Made by a program: the position numbers and the translations under genes. A DNA stretch of 64,000 bases from Hemiscyllium ocellatum. Its lineage: Eukaryota. The notes below the pieces were generated by a model. The model was not told the DNA's origin. It saw only the letters and a list, made by a program, of their open reading frames with translations, and did no database searches. Position 1 is the stretch's first letter; each line of letters starts with the position of its first letter. The stretch spans positions 6,260,006 to 6,324,005 of the forward strand of contig NC_083448.1 of the NCBI RefSeq assembly GCF_020745735.1, in the 5' to 3' direction. Below are positions 1 through 12,189 of this stretch, piece by piece.

Positions 1-169
1 ATGCACTGACTGAAAATTTATATTGGGCACAACATGAGAACATATTCCATGGTAATTCTCCTGTGCGTTTTATGTTCTGACGCTGTAGAGACTGTAAGTG
101 CAACCATTTTTGATGCTGTTATGGCTTCACTACATTTCACAGTTTATGCCAGCGACCTTTTTTTCTAAT

Positions 170-690
170 TCATTCTGGGGGTGTGAGTATCGCTGGCTGA
201 GCAGTATTTATTGCCCATCTCTAATAGTCCTTGAACTGGACATCCTCCTTGGTCACTTCATGGGGCAGTTAAAAGTCAAGCATGTTTCTGTGAGTTTAGA
301 GTCACGTACCCCCAGACCAGGTAAGGAGAGATTTCCTTCCCTAAAAGGGCATCAGTGAATCAGATGGGTTTTCATTAATGGACAACAACAGGTACATCAT
401 CACTAACAAACTAATTAATTCTCCTCAGCACCTTCCAAACCCGCATCCACTCCCATCAAGAAGGGCAAGGGCAAGGTCCTGAGGGCACCACCATCTGCAA
501 GTTCCTGACTTGGAAATATATCACTGCACCTTCAGTGTCACTGGGTCAAAATCCCGGAACTCTCTCCCCACAGCACTAAATTCTGCCTACTGAACATGGA
601 CAGCAGAGGTTCAAGAAGGCAGCTAACCGCCACTTCTGAAATGCAAATTGAGATGGACTATGAATGCTTATGTCTGCCAGCGTGGCAAAG
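170..690. mobile_element. Decayed LINE 3'-end fragments (CR1/L2 clade)
   Basis: Segments such as ctgacttggaaatatatcactg and ttcaagaaggcagctaaccgccacttct resemble, in reverse, the 3' part of the LINE at 12190-13860. Confidence 0.5.
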
Positions 691-2145
691 CATTGAGGTA
701 AAAATACTCACCTTCACCTACAATGGCCTCACTCCAGACAATCTCCACTCCATCCTTACATACACCTTATCATCAGTAACCAATTGTCTCCTGCAGCATG
801 TCCTCCTTTTAGTCTGTCATCTCTGCCTCTTTGACACTCTTTCTCCCTTTAAAATCCTGTGTACAAAAATGTGACCTTTTTGACCAGGCTGTTAGACACG
901 ACCCTAACTCAGGACAAACCTTGTTAAGCATGTTAATAGCAGCATATAATGTTGTTGTTGTTCTGTCTTCAGACCAGTTCTCCCATGCCCAGCTAGAAAG
1001 CAATCCAGAGAAAAAAACATTTACTGTATTCTTTTCAGGATGAATGCTGGTAGTGACTTCCACATCCCACGCTGATGTTCCCATGGCAACAGAAAAAACC
1101 GTGACAGCCAGAAAAGTATTCTGGCCAATTCCAATAATATTTGCCATGAGAATAGAACGTGGCTAGTATGAGGAAAGGCATTGGTTCGTGAAAGGGGAGA
1201 GATGGACACAAGTCTCCATTTTGACTGACAACTGTCTGATTCAACAGGGCCAGAGTGTGGCCCAGTGAGGTGAATTCCCCGTACAATGCTTCATTCAGCC
1301 ATTTTATTCTCATGAACACAGATCTGGCTTTATCTGATTGTGGATAAATGTCAGCTCTGTTTGTCCGAGATGTGTCACAACACACAATGCTGGTGCCACT
1401 AGTGTGTGCCTCGTGAAGGAAAAGAAGACGAAAACTTCACCTACATCTGTTTGTTAAACAGATCAACTGGTGGTGTTTGTGTTTGAAACTTAGTGTGTGT
1501 ATATGTACCGCAGTACACTTTGTATGTGAAAAGAGGGTGTGTCACTGTGTGTGGTGTGTGTGTGTGAATGCATAGCCATCAGAGTGATAGCTTGTTTCTG
1601 TCACAGTGTTTCTGTGAATTTTCAGCCAGTCAGCCCATGGGTGGTTGTTCCACCTTGAGCAGCATCACCAAGGGTCCATGATGTGTCTGCTTTGCAGTGA
1701 GGTGAGATTGTCAGGTGTGGCTGACTCAATTCTCCTCACTCCCAACGGTAAGGTGACAAAGCTAACGGTGGTTCCGAGGCTTCCAGCCAAGCGGCATTCA
1801 GTTGAACTCTGTTCTATAGGGTCTGCTACGACTGAGAGATGAGGAGGGGAACCATTGATGCCATGTTCGTGGTTCACAGCGCACACCGGAAAATGAATGG
1901 CACAGAGCCTTCAGATAGTTAAAAAGTGAAGTAACTTAATAGGCACCTTCAAGGCAGTCATGATGGGTGAGATTCCTTACCCCATGGGATGGTTTAAATT
2001 TCTCAGCCTGATTGGTGAGTGATTGGCACTGCCAGTCTAATTGAAGAGGCGAGCCAAATGGATTATAAATTGGGCACTCTGGTGCAGAAGAAGACATCGT
2101 CCTTGGATTTCAATATGTGATACTCCCCTCCTTGCTCTCCTTCTC

Positions 2146-2174
2146 TCACGCACGTACACACACACACACACACA
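2146..2174 (+). repeat. (CA)n microsatellite
   Basis: tcacgcacgtacacacacacacacacaca. Confidence 0.8.
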
Positions 2175-2269
2175 TAAATACAGAAACTAATGGAGCACTC
2201 ACAAAACATAATGAGACTCTCAATCAACAAAAGATGATAAGGACCCTTCCAATTTCCCAAGTGGGAGAA

Positions 2270-3360
2270 GAAGCCGCTGCTCCTCTCACGTCCCGTGGGG
2301 ATATTTTTACTCCATCTCAGATCCCCGTTGGAAGTCGGACCATTCCCGGAGGGGGGTGTGCGCCCAGAACGTTTTGAAGCTTAGGGATCTGGCATGATTT
2401 CCCCCACGGGCCTCCCACCCCCCAGCTCTCCGGCGCTACCGCGCTGTCCATGGTACTGAACTGGTTAAGTCAGTAGCAGGGAGCCGGACATCTTCCCGCG
2501 GGGACGCAGCAGCTGTCTGCCCTCTCCAGTGCTACATGTGTTTATCTCGCTGTCTCACCGCATTGACAGGAGGGTAGGGATTGAGGATTTTCCCTCCTTT
2601 CAGACACACGCTAGCTCCAGTTCCCCGAGCACAACACGGATGGAGATATTCTCCTGTGTGTCTGGGCTGGCGCTGAGCGCCTCTAGTTGCATAAACAGTC
2701 CTCGCCTTCGTTCCCTGGAAATGAAAGCGTCTATTTCAAGCGCTTGCGAACGGAGATTCGACAGTGCACCCACCTGAAACTGCGGCTTTTCCGTTCTCCA
2801 CTGTCGTTTAACGTCAAGTTGCAAGCCTGCGGTTTGTCGTGAGGAGGGAGGGAGGTTTTCTTTGAACGGGGGGGTGGGAGGGGGGGAGAGGGAGGGAGCT
2901 AGCTTGCAGTGGCTGAGTTTATTCCAGCTGCATTTTTTTTGGTTTTAGACAAATTCTTCCCCGTCTTCTGCCTTCGCCTCAGACGCTGCTCTGTTCTCGG
3001 TGGAGCTGCCTCCCAGCAACAGCTGATCTTACGTCAAATCGCTGCATAATCCCCACATTCGTGCAGTCTCCAGAGAGTGTTGAACCCTCCAGAAACACAC
3101 CCCCTTTTTTAAAGGGGACACCCCCCTCCCAGCGCCTGCTGCTCGGTGCGCGCAGGCTGAGAGGGGTGTGGGGTTGGGGGAGTTCGCTAGGGTCAGCAGC
3201 TCAGCTGATTGCACAATCGGACCCTTCGGCCCATCATGCCCGTACTCGGTCTCTATGCCCACTTCCCTTCTCCCCCTTCATCTCCTTTGGTCCTGGCAAC
3301 CTCATAACTCCAGAAAATTGAAAGGCAGTTCAGTTCATTTCAGATCCGAACCGCTCGCTG
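2270..3360 (-). promoter_or_regulatory. CpG/GC-rich promoter and putative non-coding first exon(s) of a minus-strand gene continuing left of the window (possibly PHYHIP)
   Basis: Local CpG enrichment, minus-strand donor-like sites (G|GTGAGA at 2559/2558; GAC|GTAAGA near 3031) and the RE1 site. No coding exon was recognised. The name is inferred only from the head-to-head PHYHIP/POLR3D arrangement in mammals. Confidence 0.45.
2440..2460 (-). promoter_or_regulatory. RE1/NRSE (REST-binding) element
   Basis: Minus strand reads TTCAGTACCATGGACAGCGCG against the consensus TTCAGCACCA(C/T)GGACAGCGCC. It lies in a CpG-rich patch about 100 bp downstream (on minus) of a putative donor. Confidence 0.8.
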
Positions 3361-3379
3361 TCTAAAATACATCTTTCCT

Positions 3380-3760
3380 CATGAGGCTGTTCCGTCAATC
3401 ACTTCAAATTTGTGTCTTCGGTCATGGATTCTTCCACCAATGGGAACAGTTTCTCCCTGTCTACTCTGCTCAGATTGTCCTGATGATTTTGAACACCTTG
3501 ATCAAATCTCCTCTTCTCCAGTTTCTCCCAGTCAATCCAGGTAAAATTTGGAACCATTCTCATGAATCTTATAAAGTGCATCCAAATCCTTCCTAAAGTA
3601 CAAGCATGCAGAATTGGACACATTATGCCAGGGGACATCCACCAGTGTTTTTTCTTATAAAGGTTCACCTCAGCTTTTGTACTCTCTGCTGCTCCTTACA
3701 AAGCCTGAGACTGTGTAAACCCTTATTCACCGTTTCTTAATCTGCCCTGATACCTTGACA
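3380..3760 (-). mobile_element. CR1 LINE 3' fragment
   Basis: Minus ORF fragment ...KLEKRRFDQGVQNH...RVDREKLFPLVEESMT is typical of the CR1 ORF2 C-terminus. Confidence 0.6.
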
Positions 3761-4334
3761 GTTTCGGAGGCACTTTAATTGAATGACTGAGGAGAAATTC
3801 TCTTCACTTGAGGGTACGTCCAGAAAAGGTGATCCCCTGAATGCAAACTAAAGCTAGCAGATTCAATGAAGAATTTAGGTTGAGTTTTGCAATGTTAAAA
3901 AGGTGGAACATGCTGTCTCAAGCAGCAGACAACAGTGAAACATTACAGAAGTGGGCTTGATGTTTGTGTGATGGAGAATGTAGCCTTGGGATGTGCATCA
4001 AGTTGGAAAGATGTTGCTTAGAGGAGGAGGAGGTGCATGTCCCACTGAAAAGAGAAGTCCCCTTTGTTAATCGATCTTCGAGTTTGACAATATTACAGCA
4101 TTGTTGTTGACACTGGTGTGTCCTTTATTTGGCTTTTCCAGACCTATTTTCTTCTGAGTTATAGAACAAGACCACATATGATCCATCATGAACCAAATAA
4201 AAAACACAAATCAACAAGGTTATTGCAACATAATCCTTATAATTCCATGACGAGAATGCAAAGGTTCAGGCCATGGACAGCAGAGTGGTAACATCTATGA
4301 ATCAGTAATCCATAGGCACAGGTTAATCTTCCTC

Positions 4335-5380
4335 AGAATCACAAAGTTCTTACAGCATAGAGGAGGTCATTTAGAACCCATCATGCCAGCACCAACTCTT
4401 CAGATATGTATTATTACCCAGTGCTAATCTTCCTCTACTCCTACAGACCAAGGACTCAATTGAACCTACCTCCACTGCACTTCCAGACAGTGCATCCCTT
4501 ACCCTAGCTACTCATTGAGTGAATTTTTTTCCATAATACCCTTGTTTCCTTTGCAAAAAAATCTGTAACCTCCTATGTCATCTTGCTCCTTTTACAAATA
4601 GGAACAATTTCTTCCCATCTACTGTATCTAGCCTGCTCATGGCAAACTTCGAACAAATCTCCTCTCTGCTTTCTTCTTTCCAAGGAGGACAGTCCTAACT
4701 TGTTCAATTTATCCTTCAAACTAAAGTTTCTCATCTCTGGAACCATTCTTGTAAATAGCTCTGTACCCTCTCCAATGTGTTCATATCCTTCCTGTAATGT
4801 GGTGCCCAGAGCAGTACACAGTACTCCAACTGAGGTCTAAAAAGTGTCTTGTACAAGTTCAGCATCACCTCCTTGTTTACGAGTTTTGAGAAGATTTGTC
4901 GCTCAGGTTGAGGTTCTGGATGTAGGTTTGCTTGCTGAGCTGAAAGATCCATTTTCAGATGTTTCATCACCATACTAGGGAACATCTTCACTGAGCCTCC
5001 GGACGAAGCACTGCTGATGATTCCTGCTTTCTATTTATTTGTTTGGGTTTCTTTGGGTTGGCGATGTCATTTCCTGTGGTGATATCATTTCCATCACCAT
5101 AGGAAATGACATCACCAACCCAAAGAAACCCAAATATATAAATAGAAAGCAGGAATCATCAGCAGTGCTTCGTCCGGAGGCTCAGTGAAGATATTCCCTA
5201 GTATGGTGATGAAACATCTGAAAATGAATCTTCCAGCTCAGCAAGCAAACAGACATCCGTCACCACCTTGTCCTTACGTTCTGTGGTCCCATAAATAAGA
5301 AGGATAAGCCAAAGGTACCATATGCTTCACTTACTGCTCTCCACGTGTCCTGTCATCCTCAATGATCTATGCACAAGTGC
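4335..5380 (-). mobile_element. CR1 LINE fragment interrupted by a fold-back insertion
   Basis: Minus ORF has LYKTLFRPQLEYCVLLWAPHYRKDMNTLERVQ, a CR1 ORF2 signature. It is split at 4877-5259. Confidence 0.75.
4877..5259. mobile_element. Penelope-derived fold-back element with ~166-bp inverted arms (4918-5258) and a 12-bp TSD
   Basis: Near-perfect inverted repeat centred at about 5088. Flanks are TCACCTCCTTGT (4865-4876) and TCACCACCTTGT (5260-5271). Each arm carries a decayed hammerhead-like segment (gtgaagat...ggtgatgaaacatctg). Confidence 0.75.
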
Positions 5381-5384
5381 ACTC

Positions 5385-5700
5385 AAAGAAATGGGTTCAA
5401 ATCACACAATGACAGCTGGTGGTATTTAATTCAATTCATAAATCTGGAATTGACAGCAGATCCCAGTGATAGTGGCCATGACAACTATCATCAATTGTTG
5501 TAAAAACCCATCTCGTTTACTAATGTCCTTCAGGGAAGGAACTCTGCCATCCTTACCTGGTCTGGTCTCCATTAGACTCCAGACCCACAGCTATGTGGTT
5601 AATGTCCTGTACGCCTGCTGAAATGCCTGAGCAAGCCTCAAAGTTCAAGGGCAATTCAGGATGTATAACAAATCTTGACCTTGGCACTGATATTCACAAC
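5385..5700 (+). mobile_element. tRNA-derived SINE (decayed)
   Basis: B-box-like GGGTTCAAATC followed by a SINE-like body (ctaatgtccttcagggaaggaa...ccttacctggtctgg). Confidence 0.5.
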
Positions 5701-6123
5701 TGTGGAAGAACATCCTTAAAATCTGATTCACCACACATATACAAAGCTCAGGTGAGAGCACATCTGGATACAGTGTGCAGTGCTGACACTTCTCCCTGAG
5801 GAAGAAGGGCTGCAGCACAAACTTAACAAATTTTACCAGAGCTGGAATGGTTACATTAAAAGGAGAGATTACATGAATAGAATTGGATTTCCAATACGTT
5901 GAGCTGATTTAGGTGAGGTTTTTAGGTTCTTGACAGGAATTGACAGTGTGAGTAGTGCAAGATTGAACTCCTGGTCAGGAAGTGTAGGACAGAAAAGGCT
6001 TAAAAGCAGAATCCTGTCCCCATTCAAGAGTGGAGTTACAAAACACGTATTGACACAAAGTGTTGCAGGATTTTGAAACTCTAATAAAAAAAGGAGATGC
6101 TAGCTAAATTAATAATAAAATAA

Positions 6124-6390
6124 TGTGAAGTTTGCACATTCTCCCCGTGTCTGTGTGGGTTTCCTCTGGATGGTCCGATTTCCTCCAATAGTCCAAAGAT
6201 GTGCAGGTTAAGTGGATTGGCCATGCTAAATTACCCCACAGTGTCCAGGGATGTGCAGACCTGGTGGATTAGCCATGGGGATTGGAGGGGGAGGGGTGGG
6301 TGTGCTGGGTGGGGTGCTCTTCGGAGGGTCAGTGTGGACTGGATGGGCTGAATGGTCTACTTCCACTTTGTAGGGATGCTATGGTTCTAA
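6124..6390 (+). mobile_element. HE1/V-SINE-type SINE, 5'-truncated
   Basis: tgtgaagtttgcacattctccccgtgtctgtgtgggtttcctc is homologous to the full copy at 34966-35273. Confidence 0.75.
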
Positions 6391-7189
6391 TTTTGAAGAT
6401 TACTAGATTTATTTGGTAGATGGAACACTTAACAACAAGAGGAGAATGGACAAAGTTCACAAATGCATCAACTACAATCATATTTGGTGGATAACAGATT
6501 TGAGGGACTGAATGGCCTCTTGTTCTGATATTCCTCCCCTAGCTCAACACAGGATTAGAACTTGGGACCGCTCAGTGAGACACAGGACAGTGCAGTGAGG
6601 AACAGCTTGATCATCGTGGCAAGGAGGGATGATTGCAAGCTGTTGCAATGCCAAAAGAGCTGACAATGCCAATCTTCATTGAACACATGCCTGGATTACA
6701 GCCGGTGGTTTCTGGTTAACCATTCCAGCCCTGTAATTACTCCAGGTTGCTCATGTAAGCATCTCCACCCCTCCTGATTTCAAATATATTGTGCAGCATT
6801 ATTATTCTAGTTTCCACTTTGCCTCTTCTAATTTTAGCATTCTGCCTGTGCTGCACAGCTCACATTCTGAGCATGGATCCCTCTTTGAAACAGATGGCAG
6901 TCTCTCCTAATTTGTAATTCTCCTTTTTCTCTATTAGTCGCAAATTATGAGTCATTTAGCATACATGTCATGTGAAAAAGTGACATGATTGAAAGCACCT
7001 CCAAAGCCCAGAATGTAAAGGGAAGTTGACTGTTTAAAGACAGGAGCTGTCTTGCAAGCATACCATTGGAAGTTGTTGGAAAAGAGCACAGCCTACTGTT
7101 GCATGACAGAAGTGTAGTGGCATGTAACACTCATGGGATTGCATTGTCTCCAGCTGTGATAGTTAGACATCAAAAGTAAAGTTTCATAT

Positions 7190-8455
7190 ATTTCATTTTT
7201 CACAGGCATCACTAAGTGCATCACAGCCATGAAGTACTTTTGAAATATAGTCCCTGAGGAACTGGTAAACACAACAGCTAATTTGCACATGCCAAGTTCC
7301 CTCACACAGCAATGTGATAACAGTCAGATAATCTGTTTTTAGTGATGTTGGTTAAAGGATAACCACTGGCCAGGTCTCTGGAGATAGATCTACTACTGTT
7401 CTCCAAAATAGTCCATGGAATCCTTTGAATCCAAGACAGAAGGGACAGATTGTACAAAGAAAATAAACTCTCTCATCCAAATGATCAGTGCTTCAGCAGC
7501 ACTTCATTGTTATTTCACAAGAGTGCTATAGGAAAGACGTTGTGAAACTTGAAAAGGCTCAGAAAAGATTTGTAAGGATGTTGCCAGGGTTGGATGTTTT
7601 GCGCTATAGGGAGAGGCTGAATAGGCTGGGGCTGTTTACCCTCGAGTGTCAGAAGTTGAGGGGTGACCTTATGGAGTTTTATAAAATCATGAGAGGTATA
7701 GATAGAGTTGATGGTAGTTGTCTTTTCCCTAACAGGGAGAATTTCAAGACTCAGGAGCACATTTTTAAGGTGAGAGGGGAGAGCTTTAACAAAGTCAGAA
7801 GAGGCAAACGTTTTACTTCGTTCATGTGTGGAATGACCTTCCAGAGGAAGTCGTGGGTGCAGATACAATTACAACTAAAGACATTTGAGTGGATGCGTGA
7901 ATAGGAAGGGTTTGGAGGGATATAGGACAGGAGCAGGCAGTTAGGACTAGTTTAATTTGAGATTATGTTTGGCATGGACTGGTTGAACTGAAGGGAGTGT
8001 TTCCATGCTCTACGATTCTCTGACTATGAGGGGCATGGATAGACTGAAGGTCTTTTCTCCAGGGTAGGGTATTGGTTTAAGATGAAAGGGGAAGGATTTA
8101 AAAGGGACCTGAGGGCTAACCTTTTCAGGCAGAGGATAGTGCGTGTGTGGAATGAGCTGCCAGAGGAAGTAGTGGAGACTGATAGAATTATAACATTTGA
8201 AAGGCATCTGAATAGGTGTATAAACGGGAAGGGTTTAGAGGGACATAGGCCAAATGCTGGCAAATGGAACTAGATGAACTTAGGATATCTGATCAGTAGG
8301 AATGATTTGAAGTGAGGGGTCTGTTCCTGTGCTGTACATCTCTATGACTCTGTGAGTATCAGGCTTGATTGTTTTTATGTGTGGTGAAGCCTGGAGTGGG
8401 ACTTGAACCCAAAGTCTGTGACTCAGAGAAAGACTGCTAACAATCGAGCTACAGT
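7190..8455 (-). mobile_element. Deu-domain-type SINE split by two CR1 3' fragments
   Basis: The body at 7190-7510 resembles the copies at 15340-15765 and 24060-24310. A tRNA-like head (ggagtgggacttgaaccca) resumes at about 8355-8455. Confidence 0.5.
7523..8352 (+). mobile_element. Two tandem CR1 LINE 3' fragments
   Basis: ORFs CYRKDVVKLEKAQKRFVRMLPGL...LRGDLMEFYKIMRGIDRVD and FKRDLRANLFRQRIVRVWNELPEEVVE. Each ends in a ctctatgactct-like tail. Confidence 0.85.
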
Positions 8456-8749
8456 TGAAGCAGTAAATTAAAATACATTTCCTCAGGGAACGTATTTGAC
8501 ACAGAGTGGGCAGACGACCTGTTTGAGTGATCAAATCTGTTTCCTTCGATAGGATTCTCACACAGAGTCACAGTATTGTGCTTTCTTGCAATGAGATTAT
8601 GACTGAAGGCATATTTTAATCATGTTGGGAATTCCCAGTTGATTGGGAAGGAAGAGATGGCACTTGCAACTGGTGAGAAAGGAAAAGAAGAAAATGCATG
8701 GAGGACAGTTTAAGGTGGTGCAAAGGAGAATTGAAATATTGTGAAAAGA

Positions 8750-8975
8750 AGAGATTTATTGCTGAAGCTTCTTATTCCTGCACTCGTCAGGCCAAATGCA
8801 TGAAACTCAAATTTCAAGTGCTGCCAATCAGAGTCAACTTGACAACTGATCAGCACCCTTTCCTCCTGTCGAGTAAATTGTTGCTAGAGTTTGAAATTTG
8901 GCATTCTTGCATTTGTCCTAATGAGTGGAAGATGGAAAAACCTCAGCAACATGTCCCTCTTTTCAGCAATATTCA
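8750..8975. mobile_element. Old fold-back (Penelope-like) repeat
   Basis: Imperfect inverted arms (gctgaagctt...cactcgtcaggccaaatgca / tgcatttgtcctaatgagtgg...cctcagcaac). Related sequence occurs near 34440-34580. Confidence 0.4.
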
Positions 8976-9844
8976 AAGAATTGCAATCCTTTGTCTCCTA
9001 TCACTTGGGATGGGTGCAATCCTCCACTTCTGACTACGTGTCAGTGTCAATTAGGTCTGAGTCCCTGGTTTACTATTGCCAGCTGAAAATCAAGTTCCTT
9101 CTACCTGCCATTGACTGCTGCAGACAATACACAGGCATCGATTCTGGAGCCTGGCAACAGTAAACTAGATCAGAAACAGAAAATGCACCAGCAACTTGTG
9201 ATTTATAGTTTGTGGCAGTCACTGAGCAAATGGGAAACACTCACCAAGCAGGTCCCATGATTAAGGAGCCTGTGTTAAGGAAAGAAATGTCAGGAGCTGG
9301 AGATGGATTGTGGCAGCCAGTGGAGCCAAAACACAGTACTGAGCAAACTGATGAATACAATATGATTCCAAAAGTGATAGCAAGGAGTAAAGGAATGGAT
9401 CAGTCAATGCCAACACCGTAGTCAGTGATAAATTATGTAGCTATTTGCTGTGATTCCGCCCCAGAAATATTTCAAGTGTGTGATGTCGGCTGAAGACAAT
9501 ATCCTCACAGTCTTGGCTCACCAGTGAAGAATAGCCATTTAGATGATATATTGAAAACAGTGCATAGGATTTCAGATCCACGGAATTGTTGCAGCTCAGG
9601 AAGAGGCCACTTGGCCCATCAGCTCACTACTGATTCTCTGAATGAGCAACTCAGTAATGCCATTCTCCTGTCCTCTCCCCATACCACTTTTCTCCTTTCT
9701 TTTCTGGTACCAGTCTAATTCCTTTGTGAATGCCTCGTTCAAACCTGCCTGCACCACACTCTCAGGCAGTGCATTCCAGACCCTAACCACTCGCTGCATG
9801 CAAGTCTCTCTCCAAGTCATGTTTTTGCTTCTTTTGCCAATTGC

Positions 9845-11236
9845 TAGAGGATAGAAGGGGAGTAGGGATAACCCTAGTAACTATAGGCCGGTGAGTCTTA
9901 CCTCTGTTGTGGGCAAAGTCTTAGAGAGAATTGTAAGGGATAGGATTTATGAACGTCTGGATAGGAGTAATGTGATCAAGGATAGTCAGCATGGTTTTGT
10001 GAAGGGCAGGTCATGCCTCACAAACCTTATTGAATTCTTTGAGAAGGTGACTAAGAAGGTGGACCAGGGTAAAGCTGTAGATGTGTATATGGATTTTAGT
10101 AAGGCGTTTGATAAGGTTCCCCATGGTAGGCTACTGCAAAAATATGGAGGTATGGCATTGAGGGTGAGTTGGAGGTTTGGATTAGGAATTGCCTGGCTGG
10201 AAGAAGACAGAGGGTAGTAGTTGATGGTAAAGGTTCATCTTGGAGTGCAGTTACGAGCAGTGTTCCGCAAGGATCTGTTTTGGGACCATTGCTGTTTGTC
10301 ATTTTTATAAATGACCTGGAGGAGGGGCTAGAAGGTCGGGTGAGCAAGTTTGCGGATGATACGAAAGTCAGTGGAGTTGTTGACAGTGAGGAAGGATGTG
10401 GCAGGTTACAGCGGGATATAGATAAGCTGCAGAGCTGGGCAGAAAGTTGGCAAATGGAGTTCAATGTAGCTAAGTGTGAAGTGATTCACTTTGGTAAGAG
10501 TAACAAGAAGATGGGGTACTGGGCTAATGGTCGGATACTTGGTAGTGTGGATGAGCAGAGGGATCTTGGTGTCCATGTACACAGATCTCTGAAAGTTGCC
10601 ACCCAGGTAAATAGTGCTGTGAAGAAGGCATTTGGCGTACTGGCTTTTATTGGTAGAGGAATTGAGTTCCGGAGTCCTGAGGTCGTGTTGTATAAGACTC
10701 TGGTGCGGCCGCATCTGGAGTATTGTGTGCAGTTTTGGTCGTCATACTATAGGAAGAATGTGGAGGCACTGGAACGGGTGCAAAGGAGGTTTACCAGGAT
10801 GTTGCCTGGTATGGATGGTAGGAAGATCGTATGAGGAAAGGCTGAGGCACTTGGGGCTGTTTTCATTGGAGAAAAGAAGGTTTAGGGGTGACTTGATAGA
10901 GGTGTACAAGATGATTCGGGGTTTAGATCGGGTTGACCATGAGAACCTTTTTCCGCATATGGAGTCAGATATTACGAGGGGCATAGCTTTAAATTAAGGG
11001 GTGGTAGGTATAGGACAGATGTTAAGGGTAGATTCTTTACTCAGTGAGTCATGAGTTCATGGAATGCTCTGCCAGTAACAGTGGTGGACTCTCCCTCTTT
11101 ATGGGCATTTAAACGGGCATTGGATAGGCATATGGAGGAAAGTGGGCTAGTGTAGGTTAGGTGGGCTTGGATCGGCGCAACATCGAGGGCCAAAGGACCT
11201 GTACTGCGCTGTAGTTTTCTATGTTCTATGTTCTAT
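9845..11236 (+). mobile_element. CR1 LINE, 5'-truncated, frameshifted RT
   Basis: RT motifs QHGFVKGRSCLTNL, YMDFSKAFDKVPH, VPQGSVLGPLLF, KFADDTK and LVRPHLEYCVQFW. It has a 3' (TTCTATG)3 tail and is nested in an older minus-strand CR1 fragment (9590-9845, 11237-11430). Confidence 0.95.
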
Positions 11237-12189
11237 GCTTTAAATCTGTGCCCTCTTGTTCTCAATCATGATGGAAACAGTTCTCCCCTGCCCAGACTCC
11301 TTAGGATTTTTAATTCCTCCATAAAATTGCTTTAGTCTTCTTTTTGCCAAGGAAACCTGCCTGAACTACTCAAGTCCATCTTCGTAGCTGAAGTCCCTCA
11401 TCCCTGGAACCACTCTCACGAACCTTTACCGCAACTCTCACCAAACAAAGAATTAAAGCTTGCATCAAAGAACATTTATAGACAAGAAAAGGTTAATGTT
11501 TATATGACAGCTCTGTGAATCACTCCACATATGGAACAAATGCAATGCAGTCATTAGGATTTTGGGAAAATGTGATGTCAGTAAATGAAAAATTCACACT
11601 CTGCTGAATTTGGAAATTCGGAGGAGTGCAACGGAAGTGGCTATAGTCTCTTGTATTCTGGTACTTTCAAATTTGGTCTGTGGTTCGCGAGAGTATTTGG
11701 AGCTGGACGGTAAGGTACTGAAAGGGACAAATTGGAGCAGACAGAAAAGATGCTTTTCCAAGTATGATATAAAACCATGGGGATGTTGATGGGCAGCAGA
11801 CAAGACTGCTTCTGGTCAGTCACAATGCCAAAACATATTCCATTCAAATTAAATTGGTGCGCACTGAAGTTTATTTTTACCAGGATTATAAGTTTACTCA
11901 TCAAATTTGTTCACTGACATTACATAACCGTTCAAATGCTGTAAAGTTCATTATAACCCATTTCAGTATCCCTGAAAAAAGGACACATTTCATCGAAGGT
12001 GGCTTAGTCTTGCTTTCCTCAATACAATTCACAAGAATGTCACAATGAAGGGGAATTTGAAGAGCGTGCTGTTTGGTTATCAAATGGGCTGTGATTGGTA
12101 GATTACCAATCAGAATACAGAAAATAATGATGATGACTGATAGCTAACTGCTAAGTTTTTTTTTAAGTTTAAACCAGGCAGTTGATTCT

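Noticed and set aside
2600-3262. Short minus-strand ORFs as PHYHIP coding exons
   Set aside because: The translations do not resemble PHYHIP or PHYHIPL N-termini. At most they are uORFs.
9845-11236. Active CR1 element
   Set aside because: It is 5'-truncated (no ORF1 or endonuclease) and has several frameshifts in the RT.
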